Source: Vibrio phage VAP7. Taken from it: DNA of 24,000 bases. Below the pieces are notes generated by a model. That model ran no database searches. It saw nothing but the letters and a program-made list of their open reading frames with translations, and was not told the origin of the DNA. The DNA is taken from sequence record MK795384.1; one strand, given 5' to 3'. Positions 14,030-23,404 of the stretch are shown here, piece by piece (the stretch's first letter is position 1; each line of letters opens with the position of its first letter). A program made the position numbers and the translations under genes.

Positions 14030-15932
14030 ATAAGGTTACGTCTTCAAAAAATTCCTTACGTACATCAGCCATATCCTTATCGAATGCGATCTTCAGGTAA
14101 TGGTCTGCCGCTTCATCCATTGAAATGGTTACAGTGTATTTATCGGGATCCAACATCATGCGACGGATATCGGCTGTACTGTTACCACCAAGACCTTTCA
14201 GATACTTCTTCTTGTGGTTTGGATTCTCTTTGGCCCAGGCTTTGTATTCTTCAACAGAGAAGAACTCAAACATCTGTTTACCTTTCCATACACGATAGAT
14301 AGGAGTATTGAATGACTTCAGACGACCTTGTTTGATGTACTCAGGCCAACAGGTATAGAACAAAGAAATAATCAAACCGCGGATATGTGAGCCATCATAG
14401 TCAGCATCCGTTGCCATCCAGGTCTCAGCATATCGAAGCTTCTCCATATCCATAGGCTTACCAATTTTGAATCCACCCAAGATTGCCTGGATTGCCTGGA
14501 ACTCTGTATTCGATGTCAGTTTCTGACGTGATACGCGCATCGCATTCGGGAACTTACCACGCATCGGCATTAGACCATGGATTGCACCGATGCGGGCGTT
14601 CTTGATTGGCTTAGCTGCTGAATCACCTTCCGCCAGGAACAAAATACACTTACTGCGGTCACGCCCGGTCGCATTAACGTACTTTTCAATCTTGCGCGGA
14701 TCCATCTTACTGGCTTCGTTCTGGTTAGCATCGATTTCTGCCGCTTCTTCTTCAGCTTTCTTCTTGGCAATCTCGGCGTCCAGAACTTCTAGGGTTAGTT
14801 GGTATGCTTTCTTAATGAATGCATCGTCCAACTCATCCATCTTGGTCCCAAAGTCTTTGACCTGTGTGGTCATCGTTTCTTTGGTCTGAGAGTTGAATCG
14901 TGGATTATCAATTGTTGCATTAACAAACAGGTGCATCGCGTTCTTGATTGTTGCTGGTGCCAGGTTTTTAACCTTCAGAGCTTTCTGAAGTTTTGGACGA
15001 ATTTTGGCAACGATCTTATCCGCAACATAATCCAGGTGTGGACCACCAGAATGTGTACAGATACTGTTGACATAACTTTCATGCTGAAAACCATTTTTGC
15101 TTGCCAACAAACCAATCTGCCAATCTTTACCCTGACTGAATGCTGGAACTACAGTATCAAACTTACGTACGAAGTCACGGAAGCTATTGATTTGGATCTC
15201 AACACTGTTCAGTTTGACAGTTAAGTGAGGGTTACACGCTGCGATTTCAAACGTGCGACGGACAAACATCAGGTAGTTATCAATGTCTAACTTTTTCAGG
15301 CCCAAACGTTGATAATCTGGCACCCATTGAACACATGTGAATCCGCGTTTATTGGTAGTGTTGCGAATGTTTGGTTCTTTGTGTTCAGACATGTTGTTTT
15401 TCCAAACACCCGTATATGCCTTTTTACCATCAGACGTCTTGACAGTGAACGACTTACTGAACAGGTTTACCAGGGATGCACCTTCACCGTTTTGACCAGC
15501 AGAATACTTATTATCATATTCGTCATCCCCGTCGTTAAAGTTGGAGCCAGCAAATAATGAACCAAATAACATATCCGGAACCCATTTACCAGATTCGTGC
15601 ATCGCAACTGGAATACCACCGTTATCGGTAATACTAATTGAACCGTTCATGCGATTTAACGTGACCTCGATTGTATCCAGGTGTGAGCCTTCCGGAGTCT
15701 TGGAGAAGTCCACACTGTTTGTGATAATTTCATCAAACATTTTCGCCAACGCTGGACACCAGGACAACTTATCTTCAGCAACAGTGTTATTCTTTGCGTC
15801 ATAGATCCAGGTATTTTTTGTCACAGTTTTAGTACTGCCGACATGACGGTCCGGGCGAAGTAGAATGTGTTCATGGTGTGACAGCTCTTTGTATAAAGAA
15901 TTGATATCACGACCTGCAGATGTTTTACTCAT
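14010..15932 (-). CDS. DNA topoisomerase II large subunit (GHKL ATPase + TOPRIM)
   Basis: RPDRHVGSTKT, ITDNGGIPV, YSAGQNGEGASLVNLFS, QTKETMTTQV, CILFLAEGDSAAKPI, MRGKFPNA, MATDADYDGSHIRGL: canonical GyrB/T4 gp39-type motifs. Confidence 0.97.
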   Translation of the reverse strand: MSKTSAGRDINSLYKELSHHEHILLRPDRHVGSTKTVTKNTWIYDAKNNTVAEDKLSWCPALAKMFDEIITNSVDFSKTPEGSHLDTIEVTLNRMNGSISITDNGGIPVAMHESGKWVPDMLFGSLFAGSNFNDGDDEYDNKYSAGQNGEGASLVNLFSKSFTVKTSDGKKAYTGVWKNNMSEHKEPNIRNTTNKRGFTCVQWVPDYQRLGLKKLDIDNYLMFVRRTFEIAACNPHLTVKLNSVEIQINSFRDFVRKFDTVVPAFSQGKDWQIGLLASKNGFQHESYVNSICTHSGGPHLDYVADKIVAKIRPKLQKALKVKNLAPATIKNAMHLFVNATIDNPRFNSQTKETMTTQVKDFGTKMDELDDAFIKKAYQLTLEVLDAEIAKKKAEEEAAEIDANQNEASKMDPRKIEKYVNATGRDRSKCILFLAEGDSAAKPIKNARIGAIHGLMPMRGKFPNAMRVSRQKLTSNTEFQAIQAILGGFKIGKPMDMEKLRYAETWMATDADYDGSHIRGLIISLFYTCWPEYIKQGRLKSFNTPIYRVWKGKQMFEFFSVEEYKAWAKENPNHKKKYLKGLGGNSTADIRRMMLDPDKYTVTISMDEAADHYLKIAFDKDMADVRKEFFEDVTLYGGTDD

Positions 15933-15954
15933 TTTGTTTTCCTTGAAACTAAAA

Positions 15955-15979
15955 AGGCTGAGTACATTATACTCAGCCT
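15955..15979 (-). terminator. Intrinsic terminator
   Basis: AGGCTGAGTA-catta-TACTCAGCCT; minus strand tail TTTTTAG. Confidence 0.85.
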
Positions 15980-15995
15980 GGAAACTTTTGAAGTT

Positions 15996-16565
15996 TTACT
16001 GGAAGACGATAATACCTTTCAGATTTGGGAAGTTACCATATAAATGGTCTGGATTAATTCTGGCAAATGTTCGCACCGGCGAATTGCGATCCGCTGTATT
16101 GCGCATTGATGTCTGCATATCATCGATGAGGATGAATTCAATTGCACCTGTATCAATTTTCATTGGCATACGACAGATATCACGTTCCAACTCGCTGGCT
16201 GTCAATACACGACTATTGTGTTCGTCTTTGCGGTTGATCTGACATTCACGAATAAAGTTCTTACGGTGTGCCAGGGTGGATAACACTGACAAGCAGTTAT
16301 TCCATTGGCCATTCGTAATCTGTTCATTATCCATTTGGACCTGGAGTCCATTCAAGAAGAACTTACGCATGAGTGCGCTGTGTCCGATTGCACGTCCTAA
16401 ACAGAAACGCATCAGATGCATATCATACATAAACATTGGTTCTTGACGGGAAAGGTTTTGTATCTTGGTTGTGTAGTGGTTACGGATAACCACATTGTCG
16501 ATGAGCTGTTTGATTGGTATTTCGTTGTCTACTTTAACAGTAGTAGTGATTATTGGTTTGGACAT
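15996..16565 (-). CDS. Hypothetical protein (189 aa)
   Basis: Long ORF, ATG with GGAGGACATATC SD. Confidence 0.85.
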   Translation of the reverse strand: MSKPIITTTVKVDNEIPIKQLIDNVVIRNHYTTKIQNLSRQEPMFMYDMHLMRFCLGRAIGHSALMRKFFLNGLQVQMDNEQITNGQWNNCLSVLSTLAHRKNFIRECQINRKDEHNSRVLTASELERDICRMPMKIDTGAIEFILIDDMQTSMRNTADRNSPVRTFARINPDHLYGNFPNLKGIIVFQ

Positions 16566-16663
16566 GATATGTCCTCCTATTCTGTTATGGTTGATTTAAT
16601 GTTGGCTCTTTATTCTATACTTATTGGCCAACACCATTATCAACCAGAATCCAGATTTGAGAA

Positions 16664-16816
16664 TCACTTTGGAGATGTTCCACCCTGGCCACCATCGTGG
16701 CTTGGAACTTTCTTTTTCTTCTTAGCGACAGGGGTAGTCGCAACCGCCGGAGTTTGGACACCTGGTGCACCAGATTCTTCTTTGAGTAGGTCTTTGAAGT
16801 TAGCTAATTTATGCAT
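16664..16816 (-). CDS. Small Lys-rich/low-complexity protein (50 aa; MHKLANFKDLLKEESGAPGVQTPAVATTPVAKKKKKVPSHDGGQGGTSPK)
   Basis: Manual translation; overlaps the stop of the macro-domain gene and fills the only coding gap in this stretch. Confidence 0.55.
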   Translation of the reverse strand: MHKLANFKDLLKEESGAPGVQTPAVATTPVAKKKKKVPSHDGGQGGTSPK

Positions 16817-17276
16817 GAGGATTACTCCCGTAAATGTAGATGGTTTGAGTTAAGTCCCGGAAAGCAATCTCCATTTTATCCAGGACGATAGGCCATACCA
16901 GGTTACCGCAACCACAACCCAGGGGTGGGATCGCAATATGACGAATATCGTTTATTGACAGGTACACACGGATACGATTGATAACTGAATCAATCCATTT
17001 ATATTCCGAATCATAATGCCATTGGTCCTTGGTCGCAGCATTTAGAATCACTTTGGAACGGATGCCTTTCTTGGCGCGGAATTGTTTGACATCACCAGGT
17101 TTAATTAAATCTTTGCTGCACAATTCCTGGTAATACTTGTAATTGTCTGGAAAGTATTTCTTGAATTCGAGTGCAACACCCTTGCCTGATACGCCAGAAC
17201 AATTGACAGTATTCACGATCGCATCACAGGTGCTATGCACAATATTTTTGTTCGGTACAAATATCAATTTGGCCAT
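16809..17276 (-). CDS. Macro domain protein (DarG/TARG1-like ADP-ribose binding/hydrolase)
   Basis: DAIVNTVNCSGVSGKGVALEFKKYFPDNYKYYQELC...PGDVKQF...KVILNAATKDQWHYDSEYKWIDSVINRI...IRHIAIPPLGCGCGNLVWPIV. Confidence 0.9.
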   Translation of the reverse strand: MAKLIFVPNKNIVHSTCDAIVNTVNCSGVSGKGVALEFKKYFPDNYKYYQELCSKDLIKPGDVKQFRAKKGIRSKVILNAATKDQWHYDSEYKWIDSVINRIRVYLSINDIRHIAIPPLGCGCGNLVWPIVLDKMEIAFRDLTQTIYIYGSNPHA

Positions 17277-17643
17277 GGGTTCCTCTCAGTTCCACATATA
17301 CCATACCTGCGATACGAGAATCAATAGGGCTCTTACAAAGCTCTTTGGCGAAGTTGATAGGAATATAATCCATCAATGCCAATACGGTAATCAATGCAGG
17401 CTTATTGTCCTCATCGATCTTGGAAATAAGTAAACGGATCGCAGCTTCTCTTTCAAACAGATTAAACCAGGTAATGACCTGGTTCATGAGTAGTCGCACT
17501 CCGCTGTGTCCAGCTTTGATTCTTTTCAAACTCGTGTTAATCCGGGACATGATTTGCAGGTCGGTTTCAAATGATTTATCAGTTGTCTTGTCTATCAGAT
17601 AAAACTGTTTGGCATACTCACGGTAATCTTCTATAACATACAT
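17233..17643 (-). CDS. Hypothetical protein (136 aa)
   Basis: ORF MYVIEDYREYAKQFYLIDKTTDK...; 44-nt overlap with macro gene. Confidence 0.75.
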   Translation of the reverse strand: MYVIEDYREYAKQFYLIDKTTDKSFETDLQIMSRINTSLKRIKAGHSGVRLLMNQVITWFNLFEREAAIRLLISKIDEDNKPALITVLALMDYIPINFAKELCKSPIDSRIAGMVYVELRGTHGQIDICTEQKYCA

Positions 17644-17646
17644 AAA

Positions 17647-17682
17647 AAATAAGCCTGTAATTATTCGGTTACAGACTTATTT
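17647..17682 (-). terminator. Intrinsic terminator
   Basis: AAATAAGcCTGTAA ... TTACAGaCTTATTT; minus strand ends TTATTTTTTATG. Confidence 0.75.
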
Positions 17683-17705
17683 AATTGCGTTTATGACGTT
17701 ATGGA

Positions 17706-18329
17706 TTACTTACGCATACCTTCGGTTTTTTCCATAATACGTTTTGCGATAACAGGCTTGGTTGAACCTTTAACTCCAATTGATTCTCCCAACTTTTTAA
17801 GGTCTGCAATTGGTAGTTGTTCAAGTTCGGCCTGTGTGTATGTCTTAGGATCGGTGACATCAAAGCCTGTTGGCTTCTGTTGTTCATCTGTTCCACCAGA
17901 TTCAGGACCAAGTTTGTCGGTTTCTTCAGTGCCTGCTTTATCTGGTTCATCAACATGATCTGTTTCACCGGTTTCAGACGTGGTATCAGAATCGGTTGCC
18001 ACGAGATCTGATTTTCCATCTTCGTCAGGAACATGAACGGGTCCATCATTTTCTGGCTTGGTGTCGATATCAGAACCGTCTTTGGAATCGTCGCCATCGG
18101 TGTTGCCCGTAGGCTTGCTTTCGTTAAGTGGTTTTCCATACTTGTCATAGCCATGAGTCTCCAGTAGTTCCAGCAAACGGTAAGCTTCATAAACACATTC
18201 TGGTTCTTTGTCACCGTCACATGCTTCTGTACACCAACCTTTGTTGGTCGCAAATACTACTTTGTCATGTTCTTCGATCGAAGGTTTTTCAGCTAGCAGA
18301 TGTTCTAGCAGTTCTTTACACATATCCAT
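17706..18329 (-). CDS. Highly acidic protein with C-terminal SAP-like motif
   Basis: Central Asp/Glu/Gly/Thr-rich linker; C-term YTQAELEQLPIADLKKLGESIGVKGSTKPVIAKRIMEKTEG. Confidence 0.8.
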   Translation of the reverse strand: MDMCKELLEHLLAEKPSIEEHDKVVFATNKGWCTEACDGDKEPECVYEAYRLLELLETHGYDKYGKPLNESKPTGNTDGDDSKDGSDIDTKPENDGPVHVPDEDGKSDLVATDSDTTSETGETDHVDEPDKAGTEETDKLGPESGGTDEQQKPTGFDVTDPKTYTQAELEQLPIADLKKLGESIGVKGSTKPVIAKRIMEKTEGMRK

Positions 18330-18363
18330 TCTGGGGTTAACCTCAATTTAATTCAGATATTAA

Positions 18364-18391
18364 AAAAGCCTAGTAATAATACTAGGCTTTT
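18364..18391 (-). terminator. Intrinsic terminator
   Basis: Perfect 12-bp stem AAAAGCCTAGTA-ataa-TACTAGGCTTTT. Confidence 0.85.
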
Positions 18392-18394
18392 GAC

Positions 18395-18995
18395 TTATGA
18401 AAGTTTGATATTCAAATTATTTGATTTGATCAACCTTTGAAGATGTTGAAGTGGATTATCAACTCTTTGTAATTGTTCTCGAAAACTATGTTTCAAATTC
18501 TTTGGAACTTGACTCAAAATTTCATTGATTACTGTTTCAACAACAGGATTATTGTTGATAGGTTTAGGTTTATCAACAATTTCAGTTGCATCCAAACCTG
18601 CACGAATCCTTTTCCACATTGCATATGACTCTGAACGGAGTTCTAAGAACGTTTCAAACAAATTCAGTAGGTCAGTATCATAAAAGTTTTTATGTGCTAT
18701 CACAACAGTCTGTGTGAGCAATTCTGTAGATGATTTACCTTGATTTCTATTAATACATCTTTTCATTTTCATGAAATCATAGGCAGATTGTGAACCATTC
18801 TGTGATAGTTCACGATAACAACTAATGATTGAATTGTCAAGATTTTGAACAACCCAATTTGTGATCTTGATATTTGCGTAATGAAATTTAGGTTCTTCTT
18901 GTTTTAAACCTTCTTTCATTACACTGTTCAACTCATTCAGGATGATTTTCAAACGGCGGTTGTAAGAACTGATAGTTGCATTTGTACTGCTCATA
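18395..18995 (-). CDS. Hypothetical protein (MSSTNATISSYNRRLKIILNELNSV...)
   Basis: ORF trimmed to ATG 18995; GGAG upstream; terminator after stop. Confidence 0.8.
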
Positions 18996-19050
18996 ATAAA
19001 ATGTCTCCACTTAGAAAGTAGAGACATCATATCAGTTAATCAGATTTTAA

Positions 19051-19070
19051 AACGTGATCCAGATCACATT
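19051..19070 (-). terminator. Possible intrinsic terminator overlapping the rIIB-like stop codon
   Basis: Minus strand AATGTGAT-CTGG-ATCACGTT (8 bp with one G-U) then TTAAAAT. Confidence 0.45.
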
Positions 19071-20586
19071 ATGCAGGTTCTGAGAAAATACCTTCCATAT
19101 CAACATTGATACGGCCTGCACGGTAATCTTTAGTCACGTCTTCCACAACAACGTACTTACAGCAACGGATTTTCGCATCTTTGTAGTCAGTTGGAACAGA
19201 CACGATATCACGTGGGTTCAGTTTACATTTCATGATACGGTTGCCAGCGCCATTTGTACCCGCGTATGAAGGTAAGTAGGACAATGCACAAACGTGGAGA
19301 CCATAACTACAGGTGTCGTTTTGGTTCTCGTTAACGCGGTTACGACGCATTTTAACCACAGCACCAACAGAGTTGTCAATGCTACCACTATGGCAGTCTT
19401 TGTAGTTTGAACGAACTGCTTTGAACACAAAGATATCGCCGTCTTCAGCAATTTCAATATCGTTGAACTTCATGAAGTCATAGATACGCTTAACGATGCT
19501 GTTACTTGGGTTGTCCATGGTTTTATCCAGGAACTTAACCAAACGGTGTAAGTTTTCAGTTTCACCGTTCTTCATCATGCTGACGATACGCTTTGTGAAG
19601 CCCTGGTGTTCAATAGGCTCGCCGTCAAATTCAATACGACCACGGACAATCGTTACACGGCCCAGAGTAAGTTCACTGATTTCTTCAGGCAAGCTCATCA
19701 TCTTGATGGCATCATCCCAACGACGCTCTTTGATTGCCAGGCAGGTCTTTTCAAAGTTTGGATGTGTTGCCGGAATCTGATGGTTTTTACCGTCTTTAAC
19801 GATAAGAGCCATTGTTGAGTTCACAATGGTAGGCAGATCAGTGACTTCACCAAGGTTAGTGTCTTTAACCACTTGTGCTTTACTTGCCTTGCTTTCTTCA
19901 AGCTCGCGTTCAACAGGTTTGTCTTCATTGGACTCGCCGGCAAGTTCGACCATCAGTTCACGTACTTTGTTCGCAAAACCATCTTCGATTAACTGCTCAT
20001 AAGTTGAATCTTTGCCGTCAGTTGTCTCAAGTAAACCCATCAACGTAAATGTTTGCAATGTATCTTCGTCGAATGTGTATTTCTTGCCACCAATTTCAAA
20101 AGTTTTGTTCGGGTACTTGGTACACATTTGTTCAACAGCTGCAGCGATACCTGAAAGTGTATTGTCTTCACCGATGAGTTTGATACATGGACCGTCACCG
20201 ACTTCCACACAAGTTTCTTTGACATCGTTGATCATGACCACGCCACCGTCAACATCCAGGCCATACACTTTATGGATGGTGTCAGGGTCATCAGGGAAAA
20301 CGAAGGTTGTACCAATCAACAGCTGCTTGATGCCAACCAGGTCATCACCTTGGATCGCGGTCACTTCATTTTCATGTTCAACTTCTTTAGCATCTGGGCG
20401 TTCGCCGCTTTCGTATAACTTCTTACCGCGTTTGTAACCAGATTCAGCAACACCTGGCTTTACGTTGTACTTACGGGCCATAGCTGCACGGGTAGCTTTT
20501 TCACGACCGAGCAAACCTTCAACAGCAAGGTAGATCTCAAGGTCTTGTGCATTTGATAACAGTTTTTGTCCAATTTTCTTGGCCAT
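19069..20586 (-). CDS. rIIB: rIIB-like protein
   Basis: C-terminal half: IVNSTMALIVKDGKNHQIPATHPNFEKTCLAIKERRWDDAIKMM..., LVKFLDKTMDNPSNSIVKRIYDFMKFNDIEIAEDGDIFVFKAVRSNYKDCHSGSIDNSVGAVVKMRRNRV..., CSYGLHVCALSYLPSY; adjacent to rIIA-like gene as in T4. Confidence 0.85.
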   Translation of the reverse strand: MAKKIGQKLLSNAQDLEIYLAVEGLLGREKATRAAMARKYNVKPGVAESGYKRGKKLYESGERPDAKEVEHENEVTAIQGDDLVGIKQLLIGTTFVFPDDPDTIHKVYGLDVDGGVVMINDVKETCVEVGDGPCIKLIGEDNTLSGIAAAVEQMCTKYPNKTFEIGGKKYTFDEDTLQTFTLMGLLETTDGKDSTYEQLIEDGFANKVRELMVELAGESNEDKPVERELEESKASKAQVVKDTNLGEVTDLPTIVNSTMALIVKDGKNHQIPATHPNFEKTCLAIKERRWDDAIKMMSLPEEISELTLGRVTIVRGRIEFDGEPIEHQGFTKRIVSMMKNGETENLHRLVKFLDKTMDNPSNSIVKRIYDFMKFNDIEIAEDGDIFVFKAVRSNYKDCHSGSIDNSVGAVVKMRRNRVNENQNDTCSYGLHVCALSYLPSYAGTNGAGNRIMKCKLNPRDIVSVPTDYKDAKIRCCKYVVVEDVTKDYRAGRINVDMEGIFSEPA

Positions 20587-20644
20587 GGTATTTCTCCATT
20601 ATGATTCAATTTGGGACGATTGATTTCAACCGTCCCTGTAATTA

Positions 20645-23404
20645 TTACTCAGTATCTTCTTTTGAAGTTTCTTCTTCAACAACCGCATAGATTGGATTGT
20701 GTTTACCAATCAATTTGTTAAGATCTGAATGGTAGAATGTTTCAATCAGATTGTTTTCAGGACCTTTGTCCATGGTCTTGTAGATGTCACCAGGTTTGTA
20801 TGACAATCCACGAGCAAACAACTCAATTTCCAACATGTAAAGGATACGTTCATTTGCATGGGTATCTTCACGTACCATTTCCCAGGTCATAGGGAATACT
20901 TCACTGATCTGTTTTAACTTAGAGCGTGCGAAACGTACCTTGGCATCAATCCATTTCATAGTTTGACGAGCAGTGTTCTTGTTTGAAGAAACAAAGTCTT
21001 CCAATTGTTCTAGGTTGATACCATGCTTTTCAAACTTAGACTTGATCTCATTGTATCGTTTTTCCCAATACTTCTGTTCACGGTTTTTGCCACCGTTACT
21101 GCGGGCATTGATACTGATAGCACCGTTTATTTCACGTGCGCTCCAACCCCAACCCTTTTCTATACGTTCCAGACGTTCAATCCATTTGGTGTCAACATCT
21201 GCAAATTTACCAATGCGGTATAGCCAGCCAACCTCTGTTGTAAAGTGGAAGTTATTTTGGAAGTAAATGTGCTTCAAGTAACTGCGACACTCATTGTCGA
21301 GTTTGTTGACACGCTCAGTGAATTCTTCCATGGCTTCCTTAAAGGTTACCAACAGATGACGGTTCTCAACGCGAATCTTCTCGGCACTTGCACGAATACC
21401 CAAGACACCTTGATAATGGGCATCCGAACCACGACACAACATGTACCATAAATGTTCAACAGCTGATGCAGACACACCTTCGTTTTGGATTTCAAAACGT
21501 GCCATATCAACGTAGATCCATGGACGTTCGTCATCGTCATTGAATATTTCGTCACGCAGAACAACAGGCGTCAGTTTCTTCCAGGAGTCTGGTGACGGTG
21601 ACTGACCGCCTGTGTACTTACTAATGCCTGATGATGCGGATGCAGAGAACGTCACTTTCGGCATCTTCAAATCACCAGTATACAAAGTAATCGGAATATC
21701 AACACCTTCAAACCAATCATTAACGTGTTTGCGGAAGTCCGTGTCTTCATGCTTGGCAAACCATGGTGTCGGGTAAACCACTAATACTGGGGTATTATAC
21801 GCAAATTGATCTGTATCTTCAAGCCAGTTCAATAAACGGGTCATTGCTTTAACTGGTTTATCAACAACCAACACCTGGAAATTACCACTTTGGACACGTT
21901 TCAGGCTCAAACCGATTTGGTTCGTACGCTTAACACCGCCATTGGACTTAAATTCATAGAATCCAGTCGCAACGGTATTCTCGGTGTAAACCTTCTCTTG
22001 TTGGATAAATGAGCCGTCAGGTTGCACCACGTCAATCATCTTGGTGTATTTCACCTTCGGGCGTGGGAACACACTATCACCGTCGGTTTCACCAAAGCGT
22101 TTATAACGTTTGTCCTGGATTTGTTCCATAGCTGATTCAAACAACGTAGTACCCCAACGCTCGCGTAGTTCTTTAACCGCGGTATAACGGTGAAGTGACC
22201 ATGCTGGTGAACCGTCAACAGATTCAAACTTTTTGTAAGTATCCATGATGTCTTTGATCACGCGGTCTTTGAAAGAGTCCAGTGAATGACGGTAATGTTG
22301 GTTCAGGTTGTCAACAGTCCACTTCACATAGTCAAGCTGTTCACGTGACGGTGGAACGTTCAGCAGGCCGATCGGGAATTCAGTATATGTATCAGCACCC
22401 ATACTGTTCAGAATCATGCGGATATCTTTATCCAGGTATTGAGTGTTGACAGGATATGCTACGGAACCCTGAACTGCATAGTGAGTTTTCACTCCATTTT
22501 CTTCAACTTCAGGTTGCACGAACATGTTACCGATACGCGATGTGCGATCGTACATTTCAACATTGATTGGTTGCCCAAACAATTCTGGTTGCCATTCTGG
22601 TTCAAATGAACGCAGTACACGTTCACAACCAGCAATCACACGTTGGATATCATGTTCCTGGATAACCATGCTCACGGTTAGTCCGTTGTACTCATCAGTG
22701 GAGATAGGTGCAGGTTCACCAGTTTCAGGACATTTTGTAATCCAGTCTACCATTGGTTGGCGGTCTTCAGTCATGTACATAATGTACATGTGTTTTTCAC
22801 CGTTAAAACGTGACTCAACAGTGAACGTATCACACAATGCGTATGGACTCTTAGAACCAAGACCATATGCACCAGTCGTCAGGTTAGAGTTTTCTTTGGT
22901 AGATTTGAAGATTGTTTTGTACAAACCACCTCGACGAACAGGATGGCCTTTCTCATCACGTAGGATGATCGGCTTGTTGGTTTCGTTATCAAAAGTAGTT
23001 TGAACAGGTCCCATGATTTGGTCAACAGACAAACCGATACCAAAGTCTTTGAATACCATTGTTGGATCCAAAACACTTGGAACTTGGAGTTCATACATCT
23101 TGTCTTTAGGGGCATACCACTTAAGTTGCTCTTTATGTTGCTCCAGGAACTCCATACGGGCTTTTGCTGCGTAGACTGATGTAACAGGCGCGATAAGTGT
23201 TCCTGCTTGATACAGCTCGTTACGCTCGATATGTGCATCCTTCATGTTACACAGCATTTCACGTGGAACAGCAACCTGTTTGTCTGTGTAAAGACTAGCC
23301 GTCAGCGTTGCGAATAATTTGGCATCAGCCTCGACTTCAAAAGCGGAACCGCCAACTGCAGCAGATGATGACATTGCGTAACTATTTTTGTGTTGAATAG
23401 CCAT
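20645..23404 (-). CDS. rIIA: rIIA-like protein (GHKL-type ATPase)
   Basis: N-terminal VFKDFGIGLS...TTGAYGLGSKSPYALCDTFTVESRFNGEKHMYIMY motifs; size (919 aa) and location upstream of rIIB-like gene. Confidence 0.85.
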   Translation of the reverse strand: MAIQHKNSYAMSSSAAVGGSAFEVEADAKLFATLTASLYTDKQVAVPREMLCNMKDAHIERNELYQAGTLIAPVTSVYAAKARMEFLEQHKEQLKWYAPKDKMYELQVPSVLDPTMVFKDFGIGLSVDQIMGPVQTTFDNETNKPIILRDEKGHPVRRGGLYKTIFKSTKENSNLTTGAYGLGSKSPYALCDTFTVESRFNGEKHMYIMYMTEDRQPMVDWITKCPETGEPAPISTDEYNGLTVSMVIQEHDIQRVIAGCERVLRSFEPEWQPELFGQPINVEMYDRTSRIGNMFVQPEVEENGVKTHYAVQGSVAYPVNTQYLDKDIRMILNSMGADTYTEFPIGLLNVPPSREQLDYVKWTVDNLNQHYRHSLDSFKDRVIKDIMDTYKKFESVDGSPAWSLHRYTAVKELRERWGTTLFESAMEQIQDKRYKRFGETDGDSVFPRPKVKYTKMIDVVQPDGSFIQQEKVYTENTVATGFYEFKSNGGVKRTNQIGLSLKRVQSGNFQVLVVDKPVKAMTRLLNWLEDTDQFAYNTPVLVVYPTPWFAKHEDTDFRKHVNDWFEGVDIPITLYTGDLKMPKVTFSASASSGISKYTGGQSPSPDSWKKLTPVVLRDEIFNDDDERPWIYVDMARFEIQNEGVSASAVEHLWYMLCRGSDAHYQGVLGIRASAEKIRVENRHLLVTFKEAMEEFTERVNKLDNECRSYLKHIYFQNNFHFTTEVGWLYRIGKFADVDTKWIERLERIEKGWGWSAREINGAISINARSNGGKNREQKYWEKRYNEIKSKFEKHGINLEQLEDFVSSNKNTARQTMKWIDAKVRFARSKLKQISEVFPMTWEMVREDTHANERILYMLEIELFARGLSYKPGDIYKTMDKGPENNLIETFYHSDLNKLIGKHNPIYAVVEEETSKEDTE

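Noticed and set aside
3217-17276. A complete DarTG toxin-antitoxin operon
   Set aside because: The macro domain gene is about 13 kb from the ART candidate, and the latter resembles Arr/PARP-like rather than DarT; no adjacent pair exists.
17699-18253. Minus-strand ORF of 184 aa overlapping the SAP-like acidic protein
   Set aside because: Alternate frame of the same region; the Asn/Pro/Met-rich composition looks like a shadow, while the 17706..18329 frame has a good start and a SAP-like tail.
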